Shown one piece after another: positions 62,534-64,000 of a stretch of DNA of 64,000 nucleotides. The notes under the pieces were generated by a model. That model ran no database searches and was not told where the DNA came from. It saw only the letters and a program-made list of their open reading frames with translations. Numbering within the stretch: position 1 is the stretch's first letter; every line of letters begins with the position of its first letter. The DNA is from Basidiobolus meristosporus CBS 931.73 (lineage: Eukaryota > Fungi > Basidiobolomycota). The translations under genes and the position numbers were made by a program. The stretch spans positions 5,620 through 69,619 of the forward strand of contig MCFE01000470.1 of assembly GCA_002104905.1 (NCBI GenBank). Direction: 5' to 3'.

Positions 62534-64000
62534 GTATGATCCGCAATAAAAGGTGGCCTTGAGGAGTACTCCGAATTCTGAGCATCTGCTGATCCACATG
62601 ACTCTTGTAGCCCGCTTAGGTTACGGACCAGGATGGTACTGGGTTCATCAGCCGATACTTTAATATCCAACTCCGTGTGTTTATCTCAAATCTCCTACCC
62701 TTCCAGGATGCATGTTTTCTTCCGGTGGTCAGGAGATCGATTACGCCAATTCGCTTTTTTTACGGAGGGTTGTCATATGGGAGAAGAGTGTGTCTCGGCA
62801 ATGTGGTTGCTGATGAGATTTACTCGTTTTCGGTCTTGTTCATCAAATTTTGACAAGCTAACCACAGAACTACCCCCTGCTATGCAAGCTGCATCGATGG
62901 TGAAAGTCGACTAGGCTCTTCAAACAAGGTGGGAAGTGACATCTGGTGGGATGGTGGAATATGCTGGAGTAGATGGGGCAGATTATTACCTGCATCGCAG
63001 TAGATAGCACTCGGCTATTAACCTAGAACGGTTTCGACATCCTCCAGCAATAGCATATCCTGATCTAAACAATATTCTCCCTGGAATCGTGTCTACCAGG
63101 CTATGTGCACAGCATGCAAGGATCCATTTTTTTCGCCAGAACGTGGCGGCGGGTCCTGTGATGGAATCAAAGAACGGTTCAATTTCCCGAGATCTGTGTC
63201 GTTGTAATTGGATTTCTCGGTGCCAGCCAACAACCACATTGTTTCAATTTCTGTGCGATGCGAAATGCATCTCCCAATTACAGGAACGGATGCGTTGCAA
63301 TTTCCCTGGGAAACTGGGTCCTGATAGGTGGGCCCGCTAGATCGGAGCTGGCTAAGGAATCTACATATCCGATTCGGATCCGATCGTATCGCGCGCAAAT
63401 CAGTGTCATGATGGATGAAGGTGGGTCTCGTGAGTGAGTTCTGATGATTCGACAAGTAGGCGTTCTAAGAATGTGGAAGCAGGTTCAAGATAGGAAGTAA
63501 TGTGCGCTGGGTTAAGTATTATTACCTGTAACCATGTTTGGTAAAGGCAATGATGGTAAGTTTTTATATCGAACTGGGTGGCCTATACGAAGGTAAATTT
63601 CACTCGGGTACTCCTACGTAATGTTGACTGTCGAATGTGTTGCTCGCTTGCTGGAATTTTGGGTGGTAATGTTTCCGCTTTGCACTTTTGAAGACTTCAT
63701 GTGCTACAGGGAATCAAATTGTATTGCTGATGATCATGAGAACGCAGAACATATGTGCTGTAGACTGGGGTTATGGTCCCTGTATCTGCATGCGGGCAAT
63801 ACGAGGAGATAGTAGGATACATAGACTCCATCACACAAGAAATTCCCAAACATGAAGCCAATTAATGGGAATTCAGTCCGTTTGTTGCACCAAGTTCTCT
63901 TGTCTGAGATTAGGAAATGCTGGGTCTAGGATGATTTGTATGTGATTGCTCAACACTAGCGAGAAGAGGCATTTGAGATATGGATTCATCACCGTTTAGG

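Overview
Eukaryotic (fungal) genomic DNA, judged from short GT-AG introns with CTRAC-type branch points; the lineage cannot be fixed from the window alone. It has two compartments. (1) About 1-40 kb is a nested graveyard of decayed transposons that is almost free of CpG: Ty1/copia, Ty3/gypsy, CACTA/En-Spm (Tnp2) relics, several solo-LTR families with readable target-site duplications (TSDs) and a foldback element. (2) About 40.6-64 kb is CpG-rich and genic: a secreted Cys-rich protein, cyclin C (SSN8), ribosomal protein P1, a cytochrome-b5-like heme/steroid-binding protein, tRNA-Pro(CGG), a HAD phosphatase and a tandem array of seven Con-6-like genes plus a pseudogene. The main discovery candidate is an intact, very recent Ty3/gypsy element (identical 310-bp LTRs, 4-bp TSD, single 1449-aa ORF, no chromodomain). 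It ends 10 bp upstream of the tRNA gene and has a decayed relative just upstream, which suggests a tRNA-gene-targeting lineage. Its ORF is purged of CpG while its LTRs are CpG-rich. Other highlights are a Tf1-like self-priming PBS, a solo-LTR family whose TSDs centre on CpG, and signs that this LTR was lengthened by absorbing a leader region. All alignments and counts were done by eye.
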